Shown piece by piece: positions 37,851 to 50,780 of a DNA stretch of 64,000 bases. Position numbers and translations under genes: made by a program. How positions within the stretch are numbered: the stretch's first letter is position 1; every line of letters starts with the position of its first letter. The notes below the pieces were generated by a model. That model was not told the origin of the DNA and made no database searches. It saw only the letters and a program-made list of their open reading frames with translations. Source of the stretch: Gnetum montanum (taxonomy: Eukaryota; Plantae; Gnetophyta); NCBI GenBank assembly GCA_015680685.1, contig MNCI01003446.1:55691-119690 (forward strand), given 5' to 3'.

Positions 37851-40800
37851 GGATCCCAAACCTTTCCTCCTGGTGGTGGAGCTTGTTGGAGTTCTGGTGT
37901 GGTTTGGGCCTATTGATTCCGACGAATCGGCTCCCGATATGACCATTGATCAAAATGGGGTATGGTTCAGGGCAGGTGCCAGCAAGTTCCTGGCTTTCAT
38001 CTTAGAAAAATTCAATGTGGTAATATGGTCGCATCTAAGTGAGCAATTAGTACTGAGCGTGCTTGAGACTATGTTACCAGGATCCTCAAATGGCATTGTG
38101 GCTTTCATGGTGGACATCGACAAGGGACCACTTACGATTGAGGACGGTCCCTCTGGAGGGCCTAGATCTACCTGTCCATTATCACGTGTATGGGACCTAT
38201 TGTCACATGGCTCTCACAACATCAATAGCACTTTATTCCTGGTCACTCGTGTGCACACCTTATTCCAAAATCCTCCTGGAACGGTGTACTGGGTAGAGAG
38301 GTAAGGTTGTTTAATTTACTATTTTTGTTCTGATGCTTAGTGGTTCAGGTTTTGACCATCGTTCCTTTTGTAGGCCCCAATTTGACAAAGAAGGATTATG
38401 CGTAGGTGATGATGGACTTTCATTGACTCATACCACCTTAGAGACTTTCATGGTGGGTCCCACTCTCCATGGTGCTGTGTTAGCCCAGACTAAGAGTGCG
38501 ATTGTTCATTTTCACAAACGATACTCCAGGGCATTTGCACAATGTGAGGCTCGGGGGTGGCTGCATGGGGATTGGTCCCGTAATGGCCCAGTTTTCCCAT
38601 GCGATGCTGATTTGTCTTCTAATGATCCTAATCCATTATCCAACGGTAAGTAATAGTATTTCTGACACTTAACGTTTGTTTGTTCTGCTACATTGTTGGT
38701 TGTATTGACTCCATCGATGTTACCCTATGCGTACAGTGGATGTCCCCCTGGTGGAGTCACCATCACAACCAGGCAGACTGAGGGCACTTTGGCAATGAAA
38801 TTTGCGGAGATGAGCAATGCACAACGATGGCTGTGTGAGAAGGCACTGCCACATATTATCAGTTGTATGTGCGACACTAGCCTCATGGAGTTATTTATGG
38901 CCCCAAGTCCTAATGTCTCTGTGACCGAGATGATTATGATCATTGATTCTTTCAATGAAGCATTTACTTACTATAGTACTCGCATCAAGGGGATCAAAGT
39001 AGCCTTCCATTGGTCAGCAGAGTTCTTTTCAGACTTCTTCAGTGTACCAGTAGCTGGGATTAAAGTGATTTTGAATAGAGCGCAGAAGGAGATCCATGTG
39101 GTTCGTGAATTGGAGGACTAGTTGGGTGTTCTTAAAGGTGCTAAGGGATTCCCTATGTAGGGATAATCAAAAGTAACTAAAGTCAATGAACTGTACCCCC
39201 TATTTAGAGCACGAGTGTTTCCAAAGTCCCTATCCCAAGTGAGGACTTTTGGGGTAGAATTTGTGTGCATCATGTGCATGATTTTGGAGACTAGGGTACG
39301 CTATAATTGGACATAGTTTTTACTTTTAGGTTTCCACGGGGAGATAGTGAGGTTGCATTCGAACATTGAGGCGCAGTCCCATTTCACCTTTGCATTCTTC
39401 GTCGGTTACTTGCGCCGACTAGCTGAATTTCTAGTTGTTCGCGTGGACAACAAGTACGTGTTAAGGGAATGTGGGTAGCTATCTCGCCCGTGGATTCACC
39501 ACTTATTTGAGGTGACAAAATCCCAAGATTCTCCTGAGGGAATTGACAAATCGATTTCTATTACAATGGAGCGATCATATGGCCATTCAATTCATACGTG
39601 TGACGGCGTAGGGTTGGAACCATGTGATGTGCCCTATACTGCTAGGAGAGTCGACTGAGTAATCAAGGAAACAATCGAGAAGGCCAAGTCCAAGGTCCAA
39701 CAACCTAAGCGCTCTAGAGAGGTGGCTCCAGCTGTAGATGAACCCAAGGTGAAATGCATATGGTTTAAAATGCCTGCATGGGGTAAGTAAGCTTGATTCA
39801 CTAATTTATCCTTGTTTTATTTTATTTTATTTTTTCAACCATTTAAATGAAGCTATCTTACTCCTGAATGTCATTTATTCAATGCTGTGCTTATGAACGT
39901 CATCAGAGCCAACTCCTAAAGTAAGAAGGGAGATGTTGATGTCGATTGTCAAGGAGGAAGAAGTCCCAATGAATTTGGATGAGGAGGACGAAGCGTGCAA
40001 CAACGAGATGGAAGTCCCTACCCCTCTGAGCGAAGAAGTGAAAGAGCAGGAGGGAGACACCATAGAAAAGGATCACATTGATGATCAGGATGAAGTCGAC
40101 AAGATGTTTGATGGTTTCTTCGGAGGAAGGTTAGACCTTGGTGATCCCCTGAATCCAGAAGAGGACAGAGATTCTGATATGTTCTCCTTATTATGTTTAT
40201 TTGGATCTTGAATTGTTCTTTCTATTATTCAAAGTTTTAATTTTATGTTTTTGCTACTACTAGGTGGAAATGTTGAAACTAGGACGATTCCTAATGTCCG
40301 TTTGGAAATACCTATGATGAAGACTCCAACGAGAACGACCACCGAAGTTGACGCATCTCCTACATATGAACCATTTACTTGGATCGAGATGCTAAGTAAG
40401 ATGGATTTTGTCCTTGGTATCGTTGATGAGGTAGTTGATCGCATCCAGCAAGCTCATCCTGAAATAGGTACATATGTCTTAAGCATTTTGAGTCCTTCGA
40501 TTTTCACATCCATTTCCACCGTCTGATGTCTAATGCATGTTCTTCTTACGTGGATAGGGACTAAGCTGAAGTGGGATCCATCTAAGGTCACTTGCATTGA
40601 CAGTCTGCCCGCACTACCATCAGAGATTGAGCAGGTGTTGAGACAGATCTACGATGAAGTGGCAAAATCTGTTGTGCAGAATGCCAAGTCTCTTTGGACC
40701 TGTAGGTGTTCCATCAAGAAACTATGGTTGCAAATTTAGGTAGGGGAAAAGGAGGTTGCCAGGCTAACAGTAGAACGAGATGATTTTAAGTCACACTATG

Positions 40801-41531
40801 AGTTTACCTCGGCAAGGTTGACGGGTGATCATTCTTGGCGAACCTCTGAGATGACCTATACTAGGTATTGGAATTTATTGAATCGCCAAGTAACTATGAT
40901 TCAGGAGCTAGCAGAACGGAAGGCAAAAATTAATTTGCTGAATCTCAAGTGTCAGGATTGGAAAGCTTTCGCGTCTAAGGTGCGGAAATGGGGTCAAGAT
41001 GAGAAGATGCATAAGTATCATTATAAAAAATCATTAAAGGAGCAATCCATAGAGAAGCGTCAGCTGGAAATGTTTGTAGAGGGTTTAGGCCTACGATCTT
41101 CATTTGACGCGTTTGCTAAGCACACTATGGTAGAAATTGAGTCTCCCAAGACATCACTACAGCTTCTGGGGAGGTTTCTATGGGCGAGTTTCCTCTTAAA
41201 CATCCCACTTGGTCTGCGGTGGACAAAGGGAAGGCCTTAGCCGACGTTGATCTGGGTCTTGATGGAATCGACTGGGCAAGTGTCCCTGAGGAGGAAATCC
41301 TTTGTCGGCTAGAGTTTGGTCTACGAGGATCTTCTTCGGTAAGTCGTTTATATTTGTCAGTTTTTCTTATTAGTTTTTAGTAGAAAATGTCATATTTCTT
41401 TGTTAATTATTTTCTTTTACCTTTTACAGAGTCATGAGGGTGACGGTGGCCAAAAAGGTGGCCCTAGCGGAGTGGGGCAGGATTATGCGAAGGAGTCTAA
41501 AGATCAAGCTCCTCCTAGATTTAATACCTAG
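37851..41531 (+). pseudogene. Antisense spliced accessory gene of C (FCP1/NIF-like pseudo-phosphatase, Transposase_32/PMD-like domain, coiled coil)
   Basis: Exons 37851-38300, 38374-38645, 38737-39782, 39907-~40170, 40264-40467, 40558-41338, 41430-41531. Motifs LLVVELVGVLV, FRAGASKFLAFILEKFNVVIWS, LSRVW, STLFL..TLFQNPPGTV. Confidence 0.87.
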
Positions 41532-42213
41532 TTTTGATTTTGATGTTTTTGTTGTTAAAATGATTATGTATGTGATCTGGGGACACGACACTAAGTTGTA
41601 ATTTGACTTTGATACATTTAAATAGTTTTTTGGTTGAGTTTTCTGTTATTCATTTTTTTTTTGAATTTTGCATTTGTTTGAACACTAATAAGCGTAGATT
41701 TGAGGTGAAAATCTTTTTTTTTCTTTTGACTATTTAAACGTAAACATGATGCAGCAGTGTAAAATGTTTTTGTTCATTTTTTTTGTTTAAGTGTAATCCA
41801 TGAAGTAGGAATGCATGTAGGAATGTAATTGTAATTGAAGCATAATGATGTAAAAGGGGAATGCGAAGGAAAACTATAACTGATAACGCAACAATGTAGG
41901 CGTAAATTCAAACAGTGAACTTGAATTGAGAGAAAACAAATGTAAGAAGATGCTCTAGTTTAAGGCCATTTCGGGCCATGCGCACATGTGTGTCAGTTTA
42001 AAGTCATGATGGACTATAGTCTTGATGTTCTAGTTTAGGGCCATTTTGGGCCCCATGCACTAGTTTAAGGCCATTTTGGGCCATGTGTAAACAAGAGAAG
42101 TTTCAAGTAATATTGGTGGATTTCTTGGTAAACCGGCCATTTCTAGCCATGGCTAGTTTTATGTCGTTACGGACATGTTATAGTTTAACGTCATTTCAGA
42201 TGAAAAATATAGT

Positions 42214-45200
42214 TTAAAGTTTTAGAAATTTTTTGATTTTTCTTAATTTAATGTTAGGAGTAACACTGGTAGGTATGATTTTGTACTCAGCGTCCCCTTC
42301 GCTGATCACGTTGAATGGTAATTCAGCCCAAGGGACGTCTGATGGAATAGGCTCTATGTTGGCGTCTTCTAGTGTTTTCGTATGTTCAGTAGTCTCGATG
42401 TTTTTTGTAGTTTCTAGGTTAGGCGGTATATGTACCATTTCAGGTTCAGGTGTTTCTGTGCTAGGTGAAGTTTCTTTTGCGTCTAATGGATCATTGTCTA
42501 CTGGTTGCATGCAACTTTGTTTTTCCTTTGTGTCATCCTATTTAGGTTCTTCAAACTTAACCTCCAAGCCTTGATTTATATCCGTATGTGACGAGATGGT
42601 AGGTGTAGCGGCTTCCTTGTGTATGATGATTTCACCGCCTTCATAAGGCAGGTGGATCTCTTGGTGTATGGGGGAAGATACTGCTTTGAGTTGGGCCAGC
42701 TAGGATCTTCCTAATATTAAATTGAACCCTAGCATTTCATCGATGACAACAAAGTCAACAAACGTGGGGAAACGATCCCCTGATATAAAGTCCAAAGTTA
42801 TGGTGCCTTTTACTACTATGCGTGATCCACTAAATGATTTTAAACATGTGGTGGAGGCTGGTATAATTAGTTCCGTAAGCCCTAATTGTTCAATGACGGG
42901 ATAGGGTACTATGTTTTTGGCAGCTCCGTCATCTACATGCACTCGATGTATTTTGAATTGATTTACTTGTATCGTTATGAACATAGGTGCGATTGTTACT
43001 TCTCCTATTTTCTCATCAATTTTGATGTTGTTAGTGTGGAAGCCTAGTGATTTAGAAGTTGATCCTTGAGGTGAATACATTACCGCATGAATTGAAAGTT
43101 CATTTGGGGGTAAGTCTTCGCTTACTGGGATCGATGTCAACATGCGTACTAGGGCTTCACGATGAGTTTGAGAGGTTAACATCAAGTCATATAGGCTTAA
43201 TGAAGTGTTTTTCTATTTAAGTGCCTGTGTGACCTGTGTTAGGACTGTTGCTAAATCTTTACTATTAGGTGTATGCTTGTTAGTGGTTACCTGGTCCATC
43301 AGGCCCAACAGTTTTATCTCATGTGTAGCTGGTTTGACGTTTTCTTCTGCAGTCGTTGATCTGGATATATCATGTATTCCTAATGATTCTCCCTTATAGC
43401 TCATGTTTGGTTCATTATTAGGTGATGTCATGGGTACTACACTTAATGGATTAGGCTTGGGGGGTCCTAAGGTAAGTCGTTGATGTTCTTTCTCTAGGCG
43501 TTCCTGTGTGAGCCTATCTGCCAAGCGTTCTCACATGTGGCACGGGGGAATATTTGGTTTCTGAACATCAGGTTGCTTTGGAACCCGTATGAGGTATGGA
43601 GTAGGACAGGGTTGCGATTGGATGGTTGAAGGTGGTTGAGTGTCAAGCTGCCTAGGCACCCTAACAATATATGGGGTCGGTCTATTCTATGTTTGCGGAG
43701 TGGAAGGTTGGTGGTTATCAGGATGTTTGGGTATCCTGACAACATATGGAGTTGGTCTAGTTGGGGGCTGTGCCTTCGTCGTTGTAACCGTAGGTGGCAC
43801 CTGGACTACATAGGGAGCAGGCCAGGTAAGAGGTTGCGTGTTTGAGGTTGTAGTGGTAGGAGGTACACACACTACATATGGTTTGTCTTGTGGTGGTACG
43901 GTATAGGTTGCCACTGTAGGGGGTATCCGGATGACATAGGGTCTTTGCGGGATAGGCAAGTTATATGGAGGGTATGACGATTGAGGTACGGGTGTTTGTG
44001 CAGTGGGAGGAGTACAGGCTACAAAGGGTCTCCTAGGTGTTTGTCATTCATCATCTAAATAAATGGTGTTAATTACGTATGGTGATTCCTTAGTATTTAG
44101 TGGGTCTTTATATACGTCCATGGATTGGTTTTACGGTTGGACTAGGTTGGACTCATCGAAAGTTATTTCGCCCCTATCTATCATTCGTTGAATGTCTTGT
44201 TTCAGGGCAAAACAAAAATCAGTACCATGTCCATTACGTTGATGGTACTCATAATACCTATCAAGCCTAAAGCCTTTTGGGACAGGAGGCTCGTTAGGTG
44301 TGGCCAAGCCTAGATTCTTGACCAATTCACAGAATCAATCATGTCTTTGAATAGCTACAGGAGACATCTGCTTGTGTTTCATCATTCCATCCTTCAAAAT
44401 TTGGTCAAATAGTTGAGAAGGTTTCATAGGTAGTGGTGTGTATTGAGAGGGATCTTTCCTCTCAAAGTTTCGGGCATGACCTGTTGTTATAGTTTGTGAT
44501 GTAGAAGGTTCGGGTGGAGTGGCGGGAGCTGGTCTAGTATAGTTAGCAGGGGTAGCAGGCGGTTTGTCTTGTTGTCTCGTGCTCGTTTGTTGTGTTTCTG
44601 CTACTGCTACTATAGTTTTCTTAGCCTTTTCTTTGTCTTTATTGTTATGTTGGTTTTTAAATGCTGCATAGGCTGGGTCATGACTATTTTGCGCAGCTTC
44701 TTCAATATTCTTTATTTGTAAAAATGCTTGGCTAAGAGTTCATGCGTTAAGATAGTACAGTTTGGACTTCACAAAATCATTAACGGCCCCCTTTAGAATA
44801 GTGAGGAGGTAAATCCTTGGGATTGGCTCATGGAGCTCATTGAGGGCAGCACTCCACCTTTGAATAAATTTTTGAACAAGTTCAAGCGGTGCTTGCTTGA
44901 CCTGTATGAGGCTGTCAAGTGTTGCTTCAGGCTTCAAGTTATACTTGAACCTGGTAATGAATTGGTGTAATAAATCTTCCAAAGAAGCTATGGAGTTTTG
45001 GGGCAAAGCTCGATACCAATCAAGTGCTCTCCCTATGAGGGACATGGGGAACACTCGCAAGATGGCATGTGGCCATGCCTGAAGCAACACGCACTGTAGT
45101 CTAAACGTTACAAGATGGGCATTGGGGTCTATTTCCCTATTGTATTTGGTTAACGTGGGTAGGGAAACACCTTTAGGTAATGTTAGAGGTGGAATTGAAG

Positions 45201-46440
45201 AGCTGATAGGGTCATCTTGATAGAAATCTACTATCTTAAGCTCTTTGTCGATAGCTGCTTTGAGGTGCTTGACCTCATCAGTTAGCTCTTGCATCAGTTT
45301 TTTGGCTTCAACCTAGTCTTGGGCATTAGGCAAGATAGTAGATTGATTATGTTGTGTCATATACAAGTTAGATCGTTGCACAGTGGGCTGGAAAGAGGAG
45401 AGTTGAGTGGTTGGAGGTTGCGCTTGTGGAATATTCATGGTAGGTGCTACTAAGGGTATCATACTGTAAGGAAAGGGTTGTTGTTGTTGTTGTTGCTGTA
45501 CTTGAGGGATGTTCATGGATGGAACTATAGGAGGTGGTATGTTGTAGTGAGGAGGTTGATGTGGTTGCATACCAGTCGTAGCCCATTGCCCAGTCATATT
45601 TTGTGAGGGAGCACCCTGAACTTGTTGAGTTGAAGTGGTGAAGGATGCTCCTTGAGTTTGGATCCGTGGTATCTAGTGCGTGGATGTAGAAGCTAGTATC
45701 ACATACGGCATCTCGATCACTCGGGGTGGGAAAGTTACTCCCACATTATTTTGAGGGGGGTGTTGTTGGGGTTGTATTTGTAAGAAAGGGGGTGACATGG
45801 TAATGGGAGGAATGGTGGTGATGGGTATATTAAATTGGGTATCGGTCACTAGGAGAGTGGAAACAACAGTGAATGATTCTTGTTGAGGCACATATGCTTG
45901 AGTCGTTTTAAATGAATGGAGAGACATAGTATCCCTTGTGAAGGAATGAAATAACGGGTTTTCATATGTGTGTGGACTGAGAGTATGGTATGAATCCTTG
46001 TGTTCGAACTGAGCCGTGAAATCATCCTCCTCCTCTAATTGAGAATTTACTATGGGCTGGTCTAGAGATTGGCTCTTTACCAGGAGGAGCTATGAGATGA
46101 GCTCAGAATAATGCTCTGGAAGAGGGATGATGTCATATGGGTAGGGGATGAACTCATGTCCTCCCTTATGAATCAGTTCATACTATTTCTTAGTCTGCAA
46201 CTCAGTTTGATCTACTGCCAGGCCAGCTTGTATCTTCATGCATATAAAGTTATACTGTTCCTGTGTTATGGCGTTGAATGATGGATTCTTCCCTTGCAGT
46301 CTAAGAGATCGGCGAGGTTCTCCCTGGGGATTAACCTCGCCGTGGGCCCCTATGGGTTGCATAATGGGTATCGGCATCGTCGTGGGGTCAACAGTATCTG
46401 AAATGGACTTGGTTGAAACGTTGGTGTTGGCAATATTCAT
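42214..46440 (-). pseudogene. gag: gag-protease of element C (disrupted)
   Basis: KYNREIDPNAHL..RALDWYRALP, EYHQRNGHGTDFC, PYVVRIP repeats, protease VHVDDGAAKNIVP..FNLILGRS. Confidence 0.9.
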
Positions 46441-46953
46441 GATGAAAAGGTCATAAATGTAACAAGGTGGAAGGGAGACAATGTCAGGGCATACAGGTGA
46501 GGATTTGGCCAAGTATGAAATGGGTATACTTATCAGCGTACACCTAAGTTGGTAGCATGCAACCTGTTTACACAGCGTATGGATTGGGTCCCAGCGTACA
46601 GGCTTCAATGACCAGCGTACAGAAACTGGTCACAGCGTGTGAACTGAGGTAACAGCGTGGGGGCTGGAAATGTCTGCATAAAGCTAGAGTGGTCAATGTG
46701 TTGCAAATGGTTGTAGCGTGTAGACAGGGTCTACAGCATGCAGGTAAGCTGGGAAGCGTGTAGACAGGGTCTACAGCTTGCAGGTAACCTGGGCAACGTG
46801 TAGATGCTGAGATTGCTGCGGAATAGGATGCAGATTCAGAGAGTTACAAAATCAGAGTTATGCATACACAGTGTAAATCTGAGGAAACTCAGTGGTAAAT
46901 CAGAAGCACAAGGGACGAGTGTGTGAGATCAGAGTAGATTTAAACAGTTTCAT

Positions 46954-46971
46954 GCCCTCCTTCTAGCGTCA
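46954..46971 (-). promoter_or_regulatory. PBS of element C (tRNA-Asn type)
   Basis: Minus strand reads TGACGCTAGAAGGAGGGC, 5 nt from the LTR end. Confidence 0.85.
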
Positions 46972-46976
46972 TTTTG

Positions 46977-48474
46977 TGTACTTTCTGAAATCATCGGTGC
47001 CCGGCTGGAATGAAAAAGACACCGAGAGATCCACAGACAGACATAGAAGACCCTACCTTCGCTTGAGGGTGAACTGGAACTGATGAAGGTAGAGTACCTT
47101 GGGTGGTCCGCACATGGATCAGACAAGAATTTCCTTGAACGTATACCAATATGCAATACGTTGGGTTATGGGTAAACGGTGTAATAAAGGTAAACCAGAA
47201 CGTAAACATGCAAGGATGTAAACAAGAGGTAAACAAGAACGAATGAAAACTGTAGCAAATATTAGCCAAAAATGTAGCAATATTATTGCATGATGAAAAT
47301 TACAATGCACCAGTCTAAATGCAGTTGTAGATCTGGCACAAGGCGGATGAAGAGCCCTGATGGATGCGGAGGGGTGATGGTATGCTGGTTTAAACTGTAG
47401 GTACAGTGTGGAGGCTATATTCTCAACATTCAAGGTCAAAGTCTAGTGTACAAGATGGGTGTTCTGGATGTTCTCAGCGTGGATTGCCCAAATTTTTTTT
47501 TTGCCTCGATTCTTTAATTTTTCAAACCCTTATCTGGTCAAAAATCTAGGTTTTTGTACAAGTTTGGGCGTTAAACTCAGATCTAAGATGGGATGATTGG
47601 CTATGGGGTGCCAGAATTTTGGATTGGGTGACATGTGGAGCGTCGACCGAGTGCAACAGAATGAAACTTTACAAGTGTGCGGTGTGCCAGCGTGTACACA
47701 CTGGGCGTGTAGGGCCAAAAATGACCCTTCTTATGCCTAAAATTGATGTTTCTGGAGCCATTGGACTTGTAGATTTATTTACCATGCCTTGGGGGCTGAC
47801 TCCATGTCAAAATCTTGCCTAAAATGATCGATCAACCCTGTTCAAAGTGGTGCATGCTAGGCTACATGCTGGGCATGCAGTCCAGTGTACAGGCATGAAA
47901 GTGCCACTTTTCAAAGTAAAAACTTGATCTTTGGGAGCCCAAGATGATTCTTGATAGTTTCTTTACCTCTAGGAGTTGATTGGCTATGAAAATCATGCTC
48001 TGAGTGTTTGTTTTGGTCTGTCTATGATGGTACACGCTGGACGTGCACGCTAGGCGTGTAGGCCAACGTGCAGGCATGAAAACCCATTATTTGGAGCCCA
48101 AAAGTTGAATTTCAAGTGCCTGAGAGCTATTGGGGACCTTGGGAAGGTCTTGGGGGGTTCATACTCTTGATTCAAACATGTTTTGACTCATTTTTGGAGC
48201 TGAAAAGTTGCTACACGCTGAGCTGCACGCTGAGCTATACGTTGGGCATGCAGGCCTGTGTGCAAGAAGTATACTTAGTCAAAACTAAGTGTTTTGAGTT
48301 TGAAACCTGCAGTTCTTGTTGCTAGATGTTGATGTAGTCTCCAATGGATCTCGGGGAACTCTTTCTTGTTCAATTATTGCTCCGTTTGATGTTGTTTTTG
48401 AGGCTTTCAAGCTTGGTCATGACTTAACTCAATTTCTGTCTACAAGTGTTAGCCAAAATTTTTGTGGTGTTTCA
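46977..48474 (-). repeat. 5' LTR of element C
   Basis: Direct repeat of 31195-32691. Confidence 0.95.
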
Positions 48475-48645
48475 GAGAGCTAAAGAACCTTGGTAATATT
48501 TTGGCCACAAGAACTTCAAATTATTTAGTAAACATATAGAGAATGTGGGTAGGCATTAACCATATTTAATCTAAGTTATAAGTATCTAGAGGATGCCACC
48601 AAAGTCCAAGATTTTAGCAAGTCCCAATACACCAAAATTTAGCAT
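48475..48645 (-). pseudogene. N-terminal half of the second FCP1-like relic in D
   Basis: MLNFGVLGLAKILDFGGIL, then with a frameshift IWLMPTHILYMFTK.FEVLV. Confidence 0.45.
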
Positions 48646-50029
48646 AAGGAAGTGGATACATTAGAAGCCTAGTTAAAATATGTTCGGATTCCAGGTCAAA
48701 TACACTAGCTAATGTATGAATCAACATGGAAAATCTTAAGAACACCTACTACTTATTAAGTAAGTTCATACATTATTAGAAATGATCCTAAACGCTATCA
48801 ATCCTTTTGAAAAAACCTAGGCACTGAGATGGAAATCTCAAATCTTTTAAAACCTATCAATACTTGTTAAAAAGTTTTCAAACTTGATATATACATTGGT
48901 AGTCACATCAATTATGTTGGTTAACATGAATATCAACATGAGAACATTAAGAAACCTACAATTTTGGTTTTACAGTTTCACAAACCACAAATCTTACTCT
49001 AGAATCCTAGGCATAGACCCAAAAGATTGCAAGGCTAGAGAATTGAATAAAAAAAACCTTAAAGTTGGCCAAGATGGACTCCACACTTTGGATGTTGCTG
49101 AAAAATATGTTGGTCAATGTGTATACCAATGTAAGAATCCAAATAATATCCAAAACTTAGTTAGTATAAGCCTAGAAACTATAGATCTTTTCTCAGAACC
49201 TTGGCCACTTTACTTGGAGGCTGGAAGGATTAGGACTAAGTTGAAAAATCCCCCTAAAATTATCAAGTTTCATTCATATGTTGGGTGTTGATGCCAAATA
49301 CGTTGGCCAACAGGTATACCAATGTAAGAATACAAATAAACTTCAATCTTGGTTTCCATAGCCTCATAAATCATAGATTTTTTGTCAAAACCCTAGTTGT
49401 TGCCTTAGAAGTTCCAGAGTATCAATAGTTCGATCAAAAACATTGTAAACGAGTCCAAAGGTATTTGTACATTGAGTGTTAATTCCTCACATGTTGGTTG
49501 ACTTCTAAACAAAAATTTGGATAGTAGAAAGCCTTTTACATCAATGGACGTAATCTCAAACAATGTAAATCTCTCTCTCTCTCTTCCTAACATTGGCATG
49601 AGAATTTAGCAAAATCCAAGCTATGATTGAAACTTCATCAAACATTTCCACAAAAACTAAATACGTTGGGCCAATGTATATGCCCATGTGAGGACATCAA
49701 AAAGTATTTAATTTTCTCCAAACAACTCCAAAATGGCAAATTTCTTCACTAAACCATAGGTGCTATAGTGGAAGACTTCAAACTTCTAAAATTTGATCAA
49801 AATTCCATTTCCAACCTTGCAGACAACTCAAATAAGCTGGAAATCAAGCTAAATACATTGGTTAACGTGAATACCAATGTATGGAAGTCATTACCACTAA
49901 AAGAAAGCTCAAACACCATTACAATGTGTCCACATGCCAAAAGCCTAACCCAGAGTAATCACAAGTTGCCTTGGTGGGTCTTGCAAGCTAAAATCAAGCC
50001 CAATTTATCACCATGTTGAGAGAATGATT

Positions 50030-50780
50030 CATTCATGTTGGGAAAATAAGTATTAGCCTTTTAAAATAATTTTACCAAAAAAAAATCACTTTTCATGTAG
50101 TTTACTCCTAGTTTTTACAAGCTTTCTCTATTTTTACAACCTTTTTTTGTTTTATTAATTTTTCCTAGCTTTTTTATTATTTCAAAATTTAAAACCTCAT
50201 TTCTTTAACTTTTTTTTCATTATTTGAATAATTTACAACTTTTTTTCTTTAGCTTTTTACTCAGCTTAATAGTTTACAACCTATTTTCCTTATCTTTTTA
50301 CGAATTTTGATAATTTGCAACCAGTTTTCTTTAAGCTTTCACCTATTTTGGTAACTTATAATTGATTTTCATTAAACTTTAGTTATCCCTATTATAAAAA
50401 TATTAAATAAAAATAAATTATTTTTATTTATACTATTTCTAGCTTAGTGCAACCTTATTTGACCAAGTTTGACCTAGTCAACATAATTTGGTCTCATTTG
50501 GTATCAACTGATATCATTTGATGATATTTCACACCATTTTTGGCATTGTTTGACCTTGCTTGGCCCTCATTTATACTATTTTGCATCATTTTGACATCAT
50601 TTGACATTAGTTGATATCATTTAGATTCATTGTTCATAGTGTTGACTTCATTAGGCCATGTTGGAAACCATTCAATATCATTTCACATTATCTCAACCTC
50701 ATTTTTCATCATTTAACATCATTTCTTCATTGTTACAACTTCATTTGTTGTCATTTGATATCATTTTAGAAGCATAATCC
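50030..50780. repeat. AT-rich low-complexity DNA with degenerate TTTACAAC and TGACATCATT micro-repeats
   Basis: Short imperfect units visible by eye. Confidence 0.5.

Larger units (their letters stand above)
31195..48474 (-). mobile_element. Element C: Tat-clade Ty3/gypsy LTR retrotransposon (~17.3 kb), relative of B, integrase core deleted
   Basis: LTR pair, perfect TSD GAGAG (31190-31194 and 48475-48479), PBS, PPT and the same internal layout as B. Confidence 0.96.
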
